From positions 17,670,001-17,734,000 of the forward strand of contig OZ024752.1 of NCBI GenBank assembly GCA_964016885.1: a stretch of 64,000 nt of DNA. The letters are read 5' to 3'. Below, in pieces: positions 59,270 to 64,000 of the stretch. Under the pieces are notes generated by a model. That model saw nothing but the letters and a program-made list of their open reading frames with translations. It searched no databases and had not been told where the DNA came from. Position 1 is the first letter of the stretch. Each line of letters opens with the position of its first letter. This stretch comes from Eledone cirrhosa. Lineage: Eukaryota. The position numbers and the translations under genes are program-made.

Positions 59270-62200
59270 CAACTCCACCATTCTAATTCCTTCATATATG
59301 GTGTACAACTCCAACATTCTAACTCCTTCTTATATGGTCTACAACTCCACCATTCTAATTCCTTCTTATATGGTCTACAACTCCACCATTCTAACTCCTT
59401 CTTATATGGTCTACAACTCCACCATTCTAATTCCTTCATATATGGTGTACAGCTCCACCATTCTAACTCCTTCTTATATGGTCTACAACTCCACCATTCT
59501 AACTCCTTCTTATATGGTCTACAACTCCACCATTCTAACTCCTTCTTATATGGTGTACAACTTCACCATTCTAAGTCCTTCTTATATGGTGTACAACTCC
59601 ACCATTCTAACTCCTTCATATATGGTCTACAACTCCACCATTCTGACTCCTTCTTATATGGTGTACAACTCCACCATTCTAATTGCTTCTTATATGGTCT
59701 ACAACTCCACCATTCTAACTCTTTCTTATATGGTCTACAACTCCACCATTCTAACTCCTTCTTATATGGTCTACAACTCCACAATTCTAACTCCTTCTTA
59801 TATGGTCTACAACTCCACCATTCTAATTCCTTCTTATATGGTCTACAACTCCACTATTCTAACACATTCTTATATGGTCTACAACTCCACCATTCTAATT
59901 CCTTCTTATATGGTCTACAACTCCACCATTCTTACTCCTTCTTATATGGTCTACAACTCCACCATTCTAATTCCTCCTTATATGGCTACAACTCCACCAT
60001 TCTAATTCCTTCTTATATGGTGTACAACTCCACCATTCTAACTCCTTCATATGTGGTCAACAACTCCACCATTCTAACTCCTTTTTATATGGTGTACAAC
60101 TCCACCATTCTATTTCCTTCTTATATGGTCTACAACTCCACCATTCTAACTCCTTCATATATGGTCTACAACTCCACCATTCTAACTCCTTCTTATATGG
60201 TCTACAACTCCACCATTCTAATTCCTTCTTATATGGTCTACAACTCCACCATTCTAATTCCTTCTTATATGGTCTACAACTCCACCATTCTAACGCCTTC
60301 TTATATGGTCTACAACTCCACCATTCTAACGCCTACTTATATGGTGTACAACTCCACCATTCTAATTCCTTCTTATATGGTCTACAACTCCACCATTCTA
60401 ACTCCTTCTTATATGGTCTACAACTCCACCATTCTAATTCCTTCTTATATGGTCTACAACTCCACCATTCTAATTCCTTCTTATATGGTCTACAACTCCA
60501 CCATTCTAATTCCTTCTTATACGGTCTACAACTACACCATTCTAACTCCTTCTTATATGGTCTACAACTCCACCATTCTAACTCCTTCTTATATGGTCTA
60601 CAACTGCACCATTCTAACTCCTTCTTATATGGTCTACAACTCCACCATTCTAACTCCTTCTTATATGGTGTACAACTCCACCATTCTAACTCCTTCTTAT
60701 ATGGTGTACAACTCCACCATTCTAATTCCTTCTTATATGGTCTACAACTCCACCATTCTAATTCCTTCTTATATGGTCTACAACTCCACCATTCTAATTC
60801 CTTCTTATATGGTCTACAACTCCACCATTCTAACTCCTTCATATATGGTCTACAACTCCACCATTCGAACTCCTTCTTATATGGTCTACAACTCCACCAT
60901 TCTAATTCCTTCTTATATGGTCTACAACTCCACCATACTAACGCCTTCTTATATGGTCTACAACTCCACCATTCTAACGCCTTCTTATATGGTGTACATC
61001 TCCACCATTCTAATTCCTTCTTATATGGTCTACAACTCCACCATTCTAACTCCTTCTTATATGGTCTACAACTCCACCATTCTAATTCCTTCTTATATGG
61101 TCTACAACTCCACCATTCTAATTCCTTCTTATATGGTCTACAACTCCACCATTCTAATTCCTTCTTATACGGTCTACAACTCCACCATTCTAACTCCTTC
61201 TTATATGGTCTACAACTCCACCATTCTAACTCCTTCTTATATGGTCTACAACTGCACCATTCTAACTCCTTCTTATATGGTCTACAACTCCACCATTCTA
61301 ACTCCTTCTTATATGGTGTACAACTCCACCATTCTAACTCCTTCTTATATGGTGTACAACTCCACCATTCTAATTCCTTCTTATATGGTCTACAACTCCA
61401 CCATTCTAATTCCTTCTTATATGGTTTACAACTCCACGATTCTAACTCCTTCTTATATGGTGTACAACTCCACCATTCTAATTCCTTCTTATATGGTGTA
61501 CAACTCCACCATTCTAACTCCTTCTTATAGGGTCTACAACTCCACCATTCTAATTCCTTCTTATATGGTCTACAACTCCACCATTCTAACTCCTTCTTAT
61601 ATGGTGTACAACTCCACTATTCTAACTCCTTATTATATGGTCTACAACTGCACCATTCTAACTCCTTCTTATATGGTGTACAACTCCACCATTCTAATTC
61701 CTTCTTATATGGTCTACAACTCCACCATTCTAACTCCTTCTTATATGGTCTACAACTCCACCATTCTAATTCCTTCTTATATGGTCTACAACTACACTAT
61801 TCTAACTCCTTCTTATATGGTCTACAACTCCACCATTCTAATTCCTTCTTATATGGTCTACAACTCCACCATTCTAAATCCTTCTTATATGGTCTACAAC
61901 TCTACCATTCTAACTCATTCTTATATGGTCTACAACTCCACCATTCTAACTCCTTCTTATATGGTCTACAACTCCACCATTCTAACTCCTTCTTATATGG
62001 TCTACAACTCCCCCATTCTAATTCCTTCTTATATGGACTACAACTACACTATTCTAACTCCTTCTTATAGGGTCTACAACTCCACCATTCTAATTCCTTC
62101 TTATATGGTCTACAACTCCACCATTCTAACTCCTTCTTATATGGTGTACAACTCCACTATTCTAACTCCTTATTATATGGTCTACAACTCCACCATTCTA

Positions 62201-64000
62201 ACTCCTTCTTATATGGTGTACAACTCCACCATTCTAATTCCTTCTTATATGGTCTACAACTCCACCATTCTAAATGCTTCTTATATGGTGTACAACTCCA
62301 CCATTCTAACTCTTTCTTATATGGTCTACAACTCCACCATTCTAACTCCTTCTTATATGGTCTACAACTCCACCATTCTAATTCCTTCATATATGGTGTA
62401 CAACTCCACCATTCTAACTCCTTCTTATATGGTCTACAACTCCACCATTCTAATTCCTTCTTATATGGTCTACAACTCCACCATTCTAACTCCTTCTTAT
62501 ATGGTCTACAACTCCACCATTCTAATTCCTTCATATATGGTGTACAGCTCCACCATTCTAACTCCTTCTTATATGGTCTACAACTCCACCATTCTAACTC
62601 CTTCTTATATGGTCTACAACTCCACCATTCTAACTCCTTCTTATATGGTGTACAACTTCACCATTCTAAGTCCTTCTTATATGGTGTACAACTCCACCAT
62701 TCTAACTCCTTCATATATGGTCTACAACTCCACCATTCTAACTCCTTCTTATATGGTGTACAACTCCACCATTCTAATTGCTTCTTATATGGTCTACAAC
62801 TCCACCATTCTAACTCTTTCTTATATGGTCTACAACTCCACCATTCTAACTCCTTCTTATATGGTCTACAACTCCACCATTCTAACTCCTTCTTATATGG
62901 TCTACAACTCCACCATTCTAATTCCTTCTTATATGGTCTACAACTCCACTATTCTAACACATTCTTATATGGTCTACAACTCCACCATTCTAATTCCTTC
63001 TTATATGGTCTACAACTCCACCATTCTTACTCCTTCTTATATGGTCTACAACTCCACCATTCTAATTCCTCCTTATATGGTCTACAACTCCACCATTCTA
63101 ATTCCTTCTTATATGGTGTACAACTCCACCATTCTAACTCCTTCATATGTGGTCAACAACTCCACCATTCTAACTCCTTTTTATATGGTGTACAACTCCA
63201 CCATTCTAATTCCTTCTTATATGGTCTACAACTCCACCATTCTAACTCCTTCATATATGGTCTACAACTCCACCATTCTAACTCCTTCTTATATGGTCTA
63301 CAACTCCACCATTCTAATTCCTTCTTATATGGTCTACAACTCCACCATTCTAATTCCTTCTTATATGGTCTACAACTCCACCATTCTAACGCCTTCTTAT
63401 ATGGTCTACAACTCCACCATTCTAACGCCTACTTATATGGTGTACAACTCCACCATTCTAATTCCTTCTTATATGGTCTACAACTCCACCATTCTAACTC
63501 CTTCTTATATGGTCTACAACTCCACCATTCTAATTCCTTCTTATATGGTCTACAACTCCACCATTCTAATTCCTTCTTATATGGTCTACAACTCCACCAT
63601 TCTAATTCCTTCTTATACGGTCTACAACTACACCATTCTAACTCCTTCTTATATGGTCTACAACTCCACCATTCTAACTCCTTCTTATATGGTCTACAAC
63701 TGCACCATTCTAACTCCTTCTTATATGGTCTACAACTCCACCATTCTAACTCCTTCTTATATGGTGTACAACTCCACCATTCTAACTCCTTCTTATATGG
63801 TGTACAACTCCACCATTCTAATTCCTTCTTATATGGTCTACAACTCCACCATTCTAATTCCTTCTTATATGGTCTACAACTCCACCATTCTAATTCCTTC
63901 TTATATGGTCTACAACTCCACCATTCTAACTCCTTCATATATGGTCTACAACTCCACCATTCGAACTCCTTCTTATATGGTCTACAACTCCACCATTCTA
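59270..64000. repeat. 3,096-bp (86-monomer) offset duplication at the right end
   Basis: Private markers recur at +3095/3096: AACACATT 59861/62956, GTGGTCAAC 60053/63149, ATTCGAAC near 60866/63962. ORFs 60333..60842 and 63429..63938 are identical. Confidence 0.9.

Larger units (their letters stand above)
1..64000. repeat. 36-bp tandem satellite array, about 1,778 head-to-tail monomers, consensus ATGGTCTACAACTCCACCATTCTAACTCCTTCTTAT; extends beyond both window ends
   Basis: Every line read is this monomer with typically 0-2 substitutions and the same orientation throughout. Distances between marker variants are exact multiples of 36 once the few indels are counted (e.g. 37807 to 58903 = 586x36). 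Confidence 0.99.

Noticed and set aside
17-60005. Plus-strand (MVYNSTILTPSY)n ORFs as real genes, such as a mucin, adhesin or surface protein
   Set aside because: There are no non-repeat domains, ORF boundaries are indels or stops inside monomers, and the same stops and frameshifts were amplified by duplication. Variants hit all codon positions.
249-63938. Minus-strand (KKELEWWSCRPY)n and plus-strand (GLQLHHSNSFLY)n ORFs
   Set aside because: These are alternative frames of the same monomer. Their starts and stops are created by sporadic satellite variants.
1-64000. CRISPR array (36-bp repeat length; the minus strand contains GTTGTAG, as in some class 2 CRISPR repeats)
   Set aside because: Repeats abut directly with no unique spacers. 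There is no terminal palindrome or hairpin, no leader and no cas gene in the window.
1-64000. Telomerase-synthesised telomeric repeat
   Set aside because: The unit is longer than telomerase repeats I know of and lacks a TTAGG/TTAGGG-type core. Multi-kb duplicated variant patterns indicate recombinational amplification, not templated addition.
1-64000. TATA box or Shine-Dalgarno-like motifs (TATATG; TATAAG and AAGGAG on the minus strand) in every monomer
   Set aside because: These are short motifs expected by chance, with no downstream gene context to support a function.
1-64000. G-quadruplex or i-motif array
   Set aside because: The consensus has only GG/CC dinucleotide runs with long loops and no GGG tracts, so stable structures are not supported.
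1-64000. Pure sequencing or assembly artefact, or a synthetic concatemer
   Set aside because: Hierarchically shared variants and domain-specific markers indicate a real evolutionary history. The copy number of individual near-identical blocks may still be mis-assembled.
1-64000. Embedded transposon, inversion or unique island
   Set aside because: None was seen on reading through. Marker spacings and continuous repeat translations leave no room for a sizeable insertion.

Overview
The whole 64 kb window is one uninterrupted head-to-tail tandem array (satellite or macro-minisatellite DNA) of a 36-bp monomer, consensus ATGGTCTACAACTCCACCATTCTAACTCCTTCTTAT. It holds about 1,778 copies, is about 39% GC, has only 2 G per monomer on the + strand and has no CpG in the consensus. 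The array runs off both ends. I saw no unique sequence, inversion, transposon insertion, RNA gene or CRISPR spacer. All ORFs in the track, including the 7,050-aa one, arise because 36 is divisible by 3 and three of the six frames of the monomer lack stops (MVYNSTILTPSY, GLQLHHSNSFLY, and KKELEWWSCRPY on the - strand). Stops and frameshifts have been copied repeatedly, which argues against protein coding. The informative content is the order of variant monomers: recurrent multi-monomer cassettes, irregular higher-order duplications (about 0.54, 2.1-2.6, 3.0-3.1, 3.9-4.6 and 9.1 kb) and lineage-like domains that record the array's expansion history. I cannot identify the organism or the satellite family, and I found no solid evidence for a novel gene system.
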